Shown here: positions 1 through 16,719 of the stretch, piece after piece
Layout: every line of letters starts with the position of its first letter
How positions within the stretch are numbered: position 1 is the first letter of the stretch
Source: the human T2T-CHM13v2.0 reference genome, Homo sapiens
Direction: 5' to 3' (one strand)
Length of the DNA: 64,000 nucleotides
NCBI RefSeq assembly: GCF_009914755.1
Contig: NC_060934.1
The notes under the pieces: generated by a model
Told to the model about the DNA's origin: nothing
The model's input: the letters and a program-made list of their open reading frames with translations, nothing else
Database searches by the model: none
Translations under genes and position numbers: made by a program

Positions 1-297
1 GAGGTTTAATGGACTTACAGTTCCACATGGTTGGGAGGGCTCACAATCATGGCAGAAGGCAAGTAGAAGCAAGTCACATCTTATGTGGATGGTAGTAGGC
101 AAAGAGAGAGCTTGTGCAGAGAAACTCCTGTTTTTAAAACCATCAGATTTTGTGAGACCCATTCACGGGAAAGACCCGCCCCCATGGTTCAATCATCTCT
201 CACCAGGTCCCTCCCAAAACATGTGGGAATTATGGGATGAGATTTGGGTGGGGCTACAGATGAGATTTGGGTGGGGACACAGTGTCAAACCATATCA
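1..297 (-). mobile_element. THE1-family MaLR LTR (partial, runs off the window edge)
   Basis: Ends in ...gtggggacacagtgtcaaaccatatca, the reverse complement of the THE1 LTR start TGATATGGTTT; typical body ggacttacagttccacatgg...tcacaatcatggcagaaggc. Confidence 0.9.
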
Positions 298-4664
<4,367 letters not shown>

Positions 4665-4729
4665 TTTTAAGGAGGTTCTTGTAGTCATAGGGTCTATACT
4701 AGTTTCTTATGAGAAGAATATGTGGGTAC

Positions 4730-4950
4730 TTCAGGGAAGGTGAGTAGGTGAATGTGATGTTTGAACTTCAGATGGAGGGAGGTTTATATTTTTCCAGGTT
4801 GTCCAGCAGGAGAGGAAAAATATTTTAGAGAGCAACTGACTCCCCGTGTCAAGGCCTTTTGGGGAATGACATGTTGTTTGGGGTGGCTTATTGAAGAGTA
4901 GAGGTACAGAGAGAGTTGGAACAGGTGAGAGGTGGGTTTGCTGTTCACAG
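4730..4950 (-). mobile_element. Probable L2 fragment
   Basis: Weak resemblance to antisense L2 3' region (cagggaaggtgagtaggtgaatgtgatgtttgaac). Confidence 0.35.
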
Positions 4951-5083
4951 GGCAGAGAGAGAAGAGTGAGTAGTCAGTGGCTATTCAACATGTGGAACAA
5001 GCTGTCATGCTGAGCTGTGTATCATGAAGTTTCAGAGCAGAATAGAAGACAGTCTTACCTTATCACGGCGAAAGCAGAGGCAC

Positions 5084-5205
5084 TTTGTTTCAAAGATGAG
5101 AAAATTCAAGCTCTGAAGGAAATGGAACCTGGCTAAGATCACACAACTGTGAAGTTCTGAGCTGCGATTTCAACCCAGGTGTGTCTCACTGGAATGGAGC
5201 CTCTT
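5084..5205 (-). mobile_element. MIR
   Basis: aaagatgagaaaattcaagctctga...aagatcacacaactg...gatttcaacccaggtgtgtct matches the antisense MIR core. Confidence 0.75.
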
Positions 5206-6019
5206 CAAGGCAATGCCCTGTGGCGATAGGAGGTACATGGCCAAGCTGCAGGAAAGGGACACAAAGGAGAGAAATTCTTGTGTTGGACAGAGAAATGGCC
5301 ATCTGTGCAGCCATTTTTGGGGGGATGGATGTCTGATGGGGGTGCTAGGGTAGAGGCAATGCCGGCAGGGCCAAGGTCCTAGAAGAAGTGTACTCACAGT
5401 CATACCTGTGGGGTATAGGTGCCAGAAAAACATAACCATTCAACAGAGTAGTTAGAGTGTTTTTAGCTGCTTGTTAAGAGCTTAGTACTGTGATTATGAG
5501 GATTTATACAACCATCATTCAGCATTTTAATTTAAACGCTGGAATGCACATGAGATGACAAGCCCCCTTTCCTATGAATGTTCTAGAGGAAGGTGGCATC
5601 AGATGGGAGGAAGACAGCACTCAGAAGGTGTGAACTGAGGGTGGGGATGTGGAAACTTGGTCTGAAAGATCTAACGTTTTGGGAGTGGGTAGCAGATGGA
5701 GTTGTAGGGAAATGTGAGGAGACTCTGGGAGCCTTAGCAGCTGGCGAGGTTGGGAGGTTGGGGCAAGATCTTTATAAGAGATTTCCACCTTGAAAAATTC
5801 CCCATAGTAGGTGTGACCCAAGAACAGCGTGGGAAGCAGTGTGACAGACGCTGGGCTGTGAAGTCTCTATCCTTGTTACCATGGCATCTGCAGAAATGTT
5901 GTACTATATACAATAGCCTCCTGAGAGGTTCAGGGGAAATAAGAAAAATGTGGTTATGTTCTGGTTTTGGTTTGCATCATCCCCAGATGCAGAAAAATGT
6001 GGATAGATGAACAATTCAG

Positions 6020-6953
6020 GCAGAACCAAAAATCAACTAGAGGAAACAACAACAACAACAATGAACTCACAATGATGAGTATGCCAAAGGAACACAAGAA
6101 CCAATTGAAAATGTTTCCAGTGCCCAAAGTTAGAGTAATCTGAGTAAATACATAATTAAAGCAATATTGAATTATAAATCAAAGTATAAAATAAATAATA
6201 GTGAGTTCATACTGATGTAAATAACGATTAAATAAATGAGTGGAGAAGAGACAAATGTCTCATACAGAAGAATTTTAAAAATTTATATAGATATTTCACC
6301 CTCAAGGAAGTGGAGCATATTCCTTACTACTTAAGTATGAGGGACACACATGTCCTTCCAAAGAGTAGTGTATGGAAGTCAGGCAGGGAGAACGAGTTTA
6401 CACTTTAGAAACATGCAAAACACTATCTCATAGGTGACCAAGGTTAACATTAAAAGTGACAAATTATGTTGATAGTACCATTTATATGATGTCATAAGAA
6501 TGGTGCTTACTTCTGTGGTCTTCCTTCCCCAAACTCTTAACTCCAGTCTAATCTTGAGAGAAATGTCAGACAAAGCCAAATTGAGGAACATTTTACGAAA
6601 TACCTGACTAGTACTCCTCAAACTGTCAAAAACACCAAAAACAATGGAAGTCTGAGAAACTGACACAGTCAAGAGGAGCCTAGGGAAACGTAACAACTAA
6701 GTGTAATGTGGTTCCTGGATGGCATCCTAAAACAGAAAAATAACATTAAAACTAAGGAAACTGAATACAGAGAAAGGACTTTATTTAATATTCACCAATG
6801 TGAATATATCAATATTTATCCACAAATTATAACCAACATGTCATACTAATGTAAGATGTTAATAATAGGGGGAAACAGGTGTTGAGTATATATAATATCT
6901 TCACTTTTTTGGCAAATAGAAAACTATTCTAACATTAAAAGTTTATTAAAAAA
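6020..6953 (+). mobile_element. Old L1 (L1MC/L1MD-type) long 3' UTR
   Basis: cttctgtggtcttccttccccaaactcttaactccagtctaatc...gtaagatgttaataataggggg...aaaagtttattaaaaa terminus. Confidence 0.8.
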
Positions 6954-6974
6954 TGATGAATTTTTGCCATAACA

Positions 6975-9330
6975 TATGAATAATTACACTAAGTATAAAT
7001 GGTCTAAGTCTACCAATTATAAGACAAAGATTAACAGGATGTAAACAAAAAAATGACCCAACTGTATGTTGTTTAAATACATTGATTTCAAATATCATAA
7101 GTAGGTGAAAGCAATATAACAAGCAAACATTAATCGAAAGCAGGAGTAACTGTATTAATATCAGATAAAGTAGACTTCAGAGCAAAGAAAATTGTCTAAG
7201 ATGGAAAGGAATATTATTTAATGATAAAAGGGTCAATCTTTTTAGAAGACATAGTAATCCTTAATGTTTATTCACCTAATATAAAGGCTACAAACTATAT
7301 GAAGCAAAAAGTGATATAACTTAAAGGAGAAATAGACAAATTTACAATTATAGTTGGAGTCTTTAAAATCCCTTCTCAATAACTAATTAAACAACTTAGA
7401 CACAAATTCAGCAAAGATATATAGAACAATTCAATGCCGCCAACAACCAACAGGGTCTAATTGCATTTATAGAACACTCCACTCAACCACAGAAGAATAC
7501 ACAGCCTTTTCAAATTACCACAGAACATATTACCAAGATAGAACATATCCTTGGCCATAAAGCAAACATTGAGAAATTTAAAGGAATTAAAACCACACAG
7601 ACTGCTTTCTTTATCACAATGGAATCGAACTAGAAATCAGTTGCAGGAAGACAATGAGAAAATATCCAAACACTTGGAAACTAAACAACATACTACATAA
7701 TAATCCATGAGTCAAAGAAGAAGTCTTAAAGGAAAATTTAAAAGATACATTGGACTGAATAGAAATGAAAATGCAACATCTAAATTTGTGGTATTAAGCT
7801 AAAACAATGCTGTGAGGGAAATTCATAGGACTAAATGCTTATATTAGAAAAGGGTAAAGTTCCAAAATCAATAATCTAAGTCCCTCAAGAAACTTAAAAA
7901 AAAAGTCAAAGTAGACCAAGCAAGCAGAAGGAAGAAAATAATAAAGATAAAATTATAAATTAACAAAATTGAAAACAAAAAATTTTTAAAAAATCAGTGA
8001 AACAAAAAGCTGCTTCTTTGAAAATATCAATAAAATTTGCAAACTTCTAGCATGACTAAAAAAAGGTGACACAAAATGCTAATATTAAGAATGAAATAGC
8101 AAATATTACCACAGACTCTGAAGGAATGGAAAGAATAGTAAGGAAATACTGTAAACATCTTTACACCCATCAATTTAGCAACTTTGAAAAAATGGACCAA
8201 TCCTTAAAAACACAAACAACCACAATGCATTCATTATGAAATGGATAATTTAAATAGCCATGTAATTATTATGGAAATTAAATTCATAAGTAGACACCCC
8301 TCAAAAAGAAATCTCCAGGTTTAGATGGTTTTACTAGAGTATTTTACCAGATGTTTAAAATAGAATTAACATCAATTCTACAAAGTCTCTGCCAGAAAGA
8401 GAATAATCTTTTATGAGACCAGCACAACATGATACCAAACCAAACCAGATTAAAAAAAGAAAATGACAGATCAATATCCCTCTCAAAAATAATGCAGAAA
8501 TCCTTAATAAGACATTAGTGAATTTAGCAATATATAAAAAGAATTATACATTATGACCAAGTATGCTTTATTACAGGGGTCAAGGTTGTTTTAATATTGT
8601 AAAATTAATCAATAAAATCATATTAACAGGCCAAGGAACAATAACATGATTTTATCAACAGATTCAGAAAGAGCATTTGACAAAATTCAACACCCATTCA
8701 TGACAAAAACTCTCAGAAATCTGGAAATAGTGGTCAATTTTCTGATCTTGATAACAAATATTTACAAAAAACTTAACGGCTAACATTATAGTTAATTACT
8801 ATGACTAAATGTTTTTCCCCTAAGAACAGAAAAAAAAAAAGGTAAGAATGTCTGCTCTCACCACTGCTATTCAGTGGTCATGCTGGAATTTCTGGCCAGC
8901 ACAATAAAGCAAGAAAAAAAAAAAGGCATACAGATAAGGAAAAAAAAAAAAAAAAAGAAACTGCCCCTGTTTGCAGATGGCATGAATGTGGAAAATTCAA
9001 TTAACCAAACTCTCTTAGAATTAATTAGATAAGTTCAGCAGTCTCAGGACACAAGATCAACATGCAAACATCAACTCTATTTCTATATTCTAGCAGTGAA
9101 CCTGTTGAAACTGAAGTTAGAATACCATTTCATCATTAACCAACCAACCAAACAAAACACACACAACTTAGTTGAAAACCTAAAAAACATGTCCAGGACC
9201 TTTATGCTGTAAACAAAATGCTGATACTAGAAACTAACAAATAAAAATCTAAATAGACATACTGTGTTTATGGATTGAGTCAGTAAAAGAGAGATGTCAA
9301 TTATCTGCAAATTGATATTCAGGTTTACCA
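6975..9330 (+). mobile_element. Old L1M ORF2, endonuclease through RT region, heavily mutated
   Basis: Starts at the ITLNVNGL-like codons (aattacactaagtataaatggtcta); includes tttgcagatggcatg (FAD-G-M) near 8970; ends at PKLIYRF-like codons. Confidence 0.85.
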
Positions 9331-9656
9331 GAGCATTCTCTCCTTCCAGTGTTAACTTCATTTCAAAGGGGCTAAAGACCCAGACAGCAACTTCCTGCCT
9401 TACTCCCACAATCCTAAATCTTTAGCATATTTTTATAGAAATGATTACGAACAAGAGGACAAAGAAATTACTCTGTATCTCAACCTGTAATTTTTCTCAA
9501 AGCAAAAGAGTTGGAAGGCAAAGTTTCCCTCTCAATAAAGTTATTTAAGATCAAGTCAGAAACCCCTTGATGGTGGTGGAGGCGGGGAGTTATGGCTGTT
9601 CTTTGACTATCCTTCCCACGTTTATCTAATCTCTGGAAGGTAATGATAACCAGAAA

Positions 9657-9689
<33 letters not shown>
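9657..9689. repeat. (CAT)11 microsatellite
   Basis: Directly visible perfect trinucleotide run. Confidence 0.97.
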
Positions 9690-9759
9690 TATGATAGCCG
9701 CTTGTGCTATGGGCCCACAACCTGTGCTAACTACTAACCCCATAAGGCCAAGAGGACTT

Positions 9760-9845
9760 ACAAAAATTGCTCAGATTCGTACGGATTGTTAATAGCATCA
9801 GGAAAACTCCAACTTGGGTTTCCATGATTACAAAGCCAGTGAACA
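9760..9845 (-). mobile_element. Probable MIR fragment
   Basis: aattgctcagattcgtac...aacttgggtttccatgattacaaagccagtg resembles the antisense MIR 5' half. Confidence 0.4.
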
Positions 9846-12073
9846 CCACCAGTGGAAATCGTTAGAAATATATTTGTATTTATTTTTATCTTACCTATTT
9901 CTTCTGTCCATTTCTATTGTTTGCTATATAATTACATAACATAACATTAATACGATTATATATTAAATTAATAAATAATAAATTAATGGAAATTGAGATT
10001 AATTAATTAATTAAAAGTGAGATTTTTAAAAGGTTTCCTTTGTACGAAATTATATAAAATCTGGAAAACCACTCTAAACTGCACTGTCCTGCCCTCTTTA
10101 TGCTGGTTTCTATGTCCTTATATAACTCACCTGTATATGTCATCCATCAACACCCCAGTGATGAGTAATAATTCTAATATGCAAGGTCTGTAAGTGAGAA
10201 AGCTGAGCATTATGATTAAATGGCTCTACATCTCCATTTTTCAAAATGTGTTTGTTAACATGAAGCAGAACAATTTTCTGCACCCACCTTAGAGGTCCCA
10301 CTGTGTAGTGCTCTCCTATCTGAGTTGTATTCTTCAATATTTGGTGTGATTAACAGTGGGGGTAGGGCTCACACTCAAAACAACATACTGCTTTGCCATT
10401 TCTCCTATGAATTCTTGAAGCAATGAAAGTCAGAAAAACATTGTCAGGATAGGGTCATAATAAAAGGCCCTATTGAATGCTGTTCTCCTGAGCCTATAAA
10501 TTCAGTGAAGTTTATTGTTCTGATCTTGAGTCCACAGATTATGCTGTTTGCTTTAAGGCACTAAAGAAGCAGTCAGTTTGAGCAGCAGTAAAATTTCTGC
10601 AGAATAAACAAACTCATAAACTGGCATTCTACAACTTCCTTCCACTGCACTATTTCGCCATGGTTGTTTCACTTCAGGATCACAGTGGTAAAATGATGCA
10701 AAGTACAGACTGACTTCTAGGATTTAAAAAGACAAGATTAGCATTTCGACAATACCTAACAAATATCTCCTAACTTAAAAATTTTCAAAATATTTCAATG
10801 ATGTATCACTCTCTATGGTAATAAGCACAATGGTCCAGTGGTATTTTTAGTGACTTGGGCAGCTTTGTAGTCTGTGAGCAAGTGCATTTCAGGCGATTAC
10901 TGCAACAGGACTGTGCTGTTCTTGGCTACTGTTGTGATTAATTGACATTACCCAGGAAATGCACAGCTGAAGGTAAGAGATGCCGGCATAAATGTGGCAC
11001 CATAATTTGTAATTGGTGTGTGTCTTCCCTATATATCTCCTTAGCATCCCTTTCCTTTTAAGCAGCTACAGGGCCCTTTTATAATTCAGCATCTGTGTAA
11101 ATCTGAGATTCTCTAGTCTTTTGTAAAAGCCCAAACCATTTGAAGAGAGACTGTAGGTGTCCCAGAGGGGTTTGAGTAAAAGAGAATGACTGAGGAAAAT
11201 GAGAAAGAAAGTCAAGTTTTCTTCCCCAGCCTGAGAAGGATATGAGCAGCCGAGAACAGTGCTCAGCGTTTTGGCTGTGCACCAGGAAGGTGGGAAATTG
11301 TTGGTTGGCTAGGATGAATATTAAGTTTGCTGGGCTCAGAGCCCAAGTATTCACAGCCCAGCCTAAGAATCTGTGTCCCAAATGTGTCAAAGGAGCACCA
11401 GAACCACTGAAGGAACCTTATGTGTGCAAAGCCAATAAATATGTTGGTGGTTTCCAGTGTGGACAGATGGCTGGTGACTGGAATGGTGTCCTCAGTACCT
11501 TTAAAATGTGCCTCGAGAACAAGCCCAGCACATTTAGCTTGGGAACTGGAAAATGATTGGAAGTGATTTCCCCAAATCATGATGAAAGCTTGCATGCCAG
11601 AATTTGCAGGCTGTTGTTCACATCAGCTATAAGATATTCTTTTCTTATACCCTTAAGATCTGCAACAATCACTATCTTCCTAAAGACATTCACTTCTATG
11701 ATAATACTTTCCAAATCTCTTGTAAAATACATCTTTTCTGTTGTACCTTAGATTCCACTTACGACTTCGTTTATGTTCCATTTCAAAATACTTTGTGGTA
11801 TTCTTTTTGATATTGCTTGCATTATGTAAGTATGCATATTGCCTGCTTTTAGCATTATTTATCTCTGCCTTTTACTGGGGAGTCTGATAGCTTGTTCTGT
11901 TTATTTTATTTCCCAGTACTTGAAATAGAGCCATAAGGAGCAGCATGAGGGGGCTTATATTAACATACACATACTGACACTGAAAAGAGCAGAAGAAAAG
12001 CAAAAGATGAAGACCAAATGCCAAGACTGTTTTTCTCTTATAACCTAGAGCATGTGTGTTATAGTGGGCGTAT

Positions 12074-12605
12074 CATATTTCATTGAATCTGTCTAAGGTA
12101 TTGTTCATTGTACAGTCATTGTTTTAGGTACTAATAAGAAAGAAAATATGCTGCCAATAAAACTGATACAATGCTTCCTTATCACTTAAAATTTTTGTTT
12201 TCTACTTATTGGAGGAAATCTTATAGTTACTTAACTATAGACTTTTATTGTATGTCACTCTTGTACATGCATAAAAAAGAAAGTAAAAGTGAGATAAATG
12301 AGTTACCCTATTCTGAAGCTTCTTCACTTCTAGCATCTGACTTTCCTGAATTACCTTCTAACTCAGAGTTATCAAATTCATGGGCAACATTTTTCTAGCG
12401 AACACCCCATTATTATCTCGGAGTTCTCTCCCAGTAAGCTGATGTTGCCACTTTTCATGTTTGCTCATGCCAAAGAAATGGCAACTACATCATAATTGTC
12501 ATCTGCCTGCAACAATCTTAAGATGCCATATTGTAATAAGCACTTCTGTTTTAATTATATTACATATTTTAAAAGAATGTGTGCATAAAAAGTAAGGAAA
12601 CATGG
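12074..12605. mobile_element. Tc2-family DNA transposon relic (Kanga1/MER104-like)
   Basis: Left end catatttcattgaatct...taagaaagaaaatatgctgccaataaaactg and right end aagatgccatattgtaataagcac...tgtgtgcat...aaaacatgg resemble MER104/Kanga termini. Confidence 0.6.
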
Positions 12606-13905
12606 AATTAACAGTTTCCATAATTTGTTATAAAATAGATTCATGACATAGGAAAATTATTCTGTAGGATTAAAAAAAGACCTTTTATTTTGCTTTCTTC
12701 TTACACTTTTATTTTCAAGGCAAAATACAAAGCCTTTTCTTTGTATTTCATTTCTTTAAAGCTTTCAGAAATGTTATAGCCCATGAATATGGTGAAATGA
12801 TTTGCCACTGCAATGGTTTAATCAAGATTCCCGTTTACATTAGGTGATAACTATTTAAAATTCTCCCATTGTTGTTCTGTAGATACAAGGGATGTGATGA
12901 GAAGTAAATGCAAATAAAGGTTATAATATGTTCTTCCTGGACTCCCAAAAGCTAATCTTTCACACTGATTTTGAGGAATACTATCCTGAATGTAAAGATG
13001 GTGCTCAATCAGATGAGAATCCTTGTTTTTTTCAGAGAAAGTACAGTTCATCTTTTTCTCAGTTTTTTACTGGCATCTTAATGCTAGAGGGTTAATTTGT
13101 TTCTGCAAGTGAGCCTTTGATTACCAGACTGTAACTTCCTCATGTGGCAATAGTCAGTCTTAGGAAAAGTTCCCTGTGAAGTTAATTTTTATAAATTGAG
13201 TCTGGCTCCCCGCTGACTTCATAAAATGGAAAATTTGTTTCTCTTGGGGCAGAGGAGAAACATCGTCCTTAGATGTAATAAAATTGCACTAAAGTATAGA
13301 GAAAATCTTTGAAAAGCCTATATTTGAAAGAAAATCCTTACTTTTATGCTCAAATAATGTTACTCAAAATGAGATCAAGTCTTGATTGCTAAACAGTATA
13401 GCTCCCTCTCTGGCTGTTGATATTCCTAGTACAATACTAAAAGATCCAAAAGAGAAAAGAGAAATAATAAAGATATCACCTTCATTAACTAAATGAAAAT
13501 GTCTTCTATTTGCTATTTGCCACTTTTCTTTCAAGGCCCAGTCTAAACCCCAGCTACTTAATATGCTTATATTAAGATTACATAAAAAGGATCAATATTG
13601 CAAACAATATAATCAGTCTATGTGTATACTGTTGAATATATTTTACTGAGTTAACTATTAGATAAGTAAAACTCTTTCTCTTATTTATGCAGTTTGGGTC
13701 TTTGAAATGATGATAGAAAGTATCCCCCAGGATCTCTCATTGAAAGGGCAAAGAAGTGAGAAGAGTGTGGTTCCTATTTTTTAATATTCATTTTGTTTCA
13801 AAGTGTTGGCTAGATAGTGGCTATATAATGAATTTGAGTGTATCAGTAGCTGGTTAAATCTTTAGGGGACAGTTTTATAAATTAAATTATTATCTCAAAG
13901 TGATA

Positions 13906-16320
13906 ATTTTTTTAACTTTTATTTTAAGTTCAGGAATACACATGCAGGTTGATTATATAAGTAAACTTGTGTCTGGGGGTTTGTTGTACAGATTATTTGT
14001 CACCCAGATATTAAGCCTAGTACCCCTTAGTTATTTTTTCCTGATCTTCTTCCTCCTTCCACCCTCCACCTTCTGGTAGTCCCTAGGGTCTGTTTTTCCC
14101 CTCTATGTATGTATGTATGTGCTCTCCTCATTTAGCTGCCACTTATAGGTGAGAACATATGGTATTTGGTTTTTTGCTCCTGCATTAGTTTGCTAAAGGA
14201 TAATGGTCTCCACCTTCATCTGTGTTCCCGGAAAGGACATGATCTTGTTCTTTTTTATGGCCACATAGTATTCCATAGTATTTCATGTCCTTTGCTTACT
14301 TTTTAAAGGTTTTTTTGTGTAAATTTGTTTAAGTTATTCACAGATGCTAAATATTAGACCTTTGTCAGATGCATAGCTTGCAAAAATTTTCTCCTGTTTT
14401 ATAGGCTATCTGTTACTCTCTTGACAGTTTCTTTTGCTGTGAAGAAGCTCTTAAGCTTAATTAGATCCCACTTGTCAATTTTTGCTTTTGGTGCCTTTAT
14501 CATGAAATCTTTGCTTATTCCTAGGTCCAGGATAGTATTGTCTTCCAGGGTTCTTATAGTTTTGGGTATTATATTTAAGTCTTTAATCCATCTTGAGTTG
14601 ATTTTTGTATGTGGCATAAAGAAGGAGTCCAGTTTCAATCTTCTCCATATTGTTGGCGAGTTATCCCAGCACCATTTATTGGATTGGGAGTCTTTTCCCC
14701 ATTGCTTGTTTTTGTTAGATTTGTCAAAGATCAGATGATTGTAGGCGGCCTTATTTTATTGGGCCTTATTTCATCAGATGGCCTTATTTCTGGGCTTTCT
14801 ATTATGTTCCATTTGTGTATGTGTCTGTTTTTTCTACCAGGACCATACTGTTTTTGTTATTGTAGCCATGTGATATAGCTTGAAGTCAGGTAGCATGATG
14901 CTTCCAGTTTTGTTCTTTTTGCTTAGGATTGCCTTGGCTATTTGGGTTCTTTTTTGGTTCCATATGAATTTAAAATTAGTTTTTTCTAGTTCTGTGAAGA
15001 ATGTCATTAGCAGTTTGATAGAAAGAGCATTGAATCTATAAATTGCTTTGGGCAGTATGGCCATTTTAGCAATATTGATTCTTCCTATCCATGAGCATGG
15101 AATATTTTTCCACTTGTTTGTGTCATCTGTGATTTCTATGAGCAGCAGTTTGTAGTTCTCCTTGTAGAGATCTTTCACCTCCATGTTTTGCTGTATTGCT
15201 AGGTATTTTATTCTTTTTGTGGTGATTGTGAATGGAATTGCATTCCTGATTTGTCTCTCAACTTGACTATTGTTGGAGGATAGGAATGCTAGTGATTTTT
15301 GCACATTGATTTTGTATCCTGAGACTTCGCTGAAGTTGTTTATCAGCTTAAGGAGCTTTTGGGCTGAGACTATGGGGCTTTCCAGATGTTGAATCATGTC
15401 ATCTGCAAACGGGAATAGTTTGATTTCTGTTCTTGCTATTTGGATGTTCTTTATTTCTTTCTCTTCCCTGATTACTCTGGCCAGGACTTCCAATACTATT
15501 TTGGATAGGAATGGTGAGAGAGGGCATTCTTCCTTATCTTGTGCTGGTTTCCTTGGGGAATGCTTCCAGCTTTTGTTCATTCAGTATGATGTTGGCTGTG
15601 GGCTTGCTATGGATGGCTCTTATTATTTTGAGGCATGTTCCTTCAACACCTAGTATATTGAGAGTTTTTAAAATGAAGAGGTGTTGAATTTTATTGAAAG
15701 CTTTTTCTGCATCTACTGAGATAATCATGTGGATTTTGTCTTTAGTTCTTTTATGTGATGAATCATATTTGTTGATTTGAGTATGTTGAACCAACCTTGC
15801 ATCCCAGGGATAAAGCCTACTTGATCTTTGTGAATAAGTTTTTTGTTGTGCTACTGGATAGAGTTTGCTGATATTTTGTTGAGGATTTTTGCATTTATCT
15901 TCATCAAAAATATTGACCCAAAGTTTCCTTTTTTTGTTGTGTCTCTGCCAGGTTTTGGTATCAGGATGATGCTTGTTTCATAGAATGAGTTAGGGAGGAG
16001 TTCCTCCTCCTAATTGTTCTGGGTAGCTTCACTAGGAATGTTACCAGCTCTTCTTTGTATTTCTGGTAGAACTTGGCTGTGAATCTGTCTTGTCCTGAGC
16101 TTTTTTGGTTGGTAAGCTATTAATTACTGATTCAATTTCAGAGCTTATTACTGGTCTGTTCAGGGATTCAATTTATTCCTGGTTTGGTGTTGGGAGGGTG
16201 TATGTGTTCAGGAATCTATCCATATCTCCTATTAATAGATTTTCTAGTTTGTGTGCATAGTGTTGTTTGTAATATTTTCTGATGGTTATTTATATTTCTG
16301 TGGGCTCTGTGGTAATATAC
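13906..16320 (-). mobile_element. 5'-truncated L1PA (about L1PA13) with TSD, inserted in an older L1ME
   Basis: Poly(T) and L1PA 3' UTR at left; TSD tctcaaagtgata at 13893-13905 and 16321-16333; ORF 14834-15580 is an RT fragment containing FADDMI. Confidence 0.95.
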
Positions 16321-16333
16321 TCTCAAAGTGATA

Positions 16334-16700
16334 TATTTTTAAAGCTCTCAAAACATTCTGGCAGTGTATGAGTGCCCATCTCAGAAAGTATCCACCAGTG
16401 TTGATAATTATCAAGTGTATTAACTTTTGTCAATATAGGTTGAAAAACAAAAGTCTGTTTTAATTTGTATTTTGGAATTTTACTTAACTGTATATTTCAA
16501 ATTTTTTCTTAGTCATAGTAACATTTGTGCATATGTTCTTTCATATGTTGGGCATTTTTTTTCTTGTGGAAGCATTAATATATTTTCTACTTGATTTAAA
16601 GTATCTGTGATATTATTGTTGTTAGCATTTTATATTAATTTTGTAAATACTGAGGTATCCTTAGATAGAAAGTTTTTAATTTTCATACAATGGTTTTCTT
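16334..16700 (-). mobile_element. Old L1ME fragment (host of the L1PA; continues at about 13800-13905)
   Basis: ggcagtgtatgagtgcccat...gttttaatttgtatttt is antisense L1 ORF2 3' end. Confidence 0.55.
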
Positions 16701-16719
16701 GTTCTGGCAACATGCTGGG

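Noticed and set aside
9480-9743. ORF with a poly-methionine run
   Set aside because: Artefact of the (CAT)11 microsatellite read on the minus strand.
11079-11595. Three overlapping ~100-aa ORFs in non-repeat-looking DNA
   Set aside because: No recognisable domain or splice structure; lengths are compatible with chance, and the segment may be an old LTR.
14834-15580. Longest ORF (248 aa) with an RT motif
   Set aside because: It is a fragment of L1 ORF2 in a 5'-truncated element with stops and frameshifts on both sides, not an independent gene or novel RT system.
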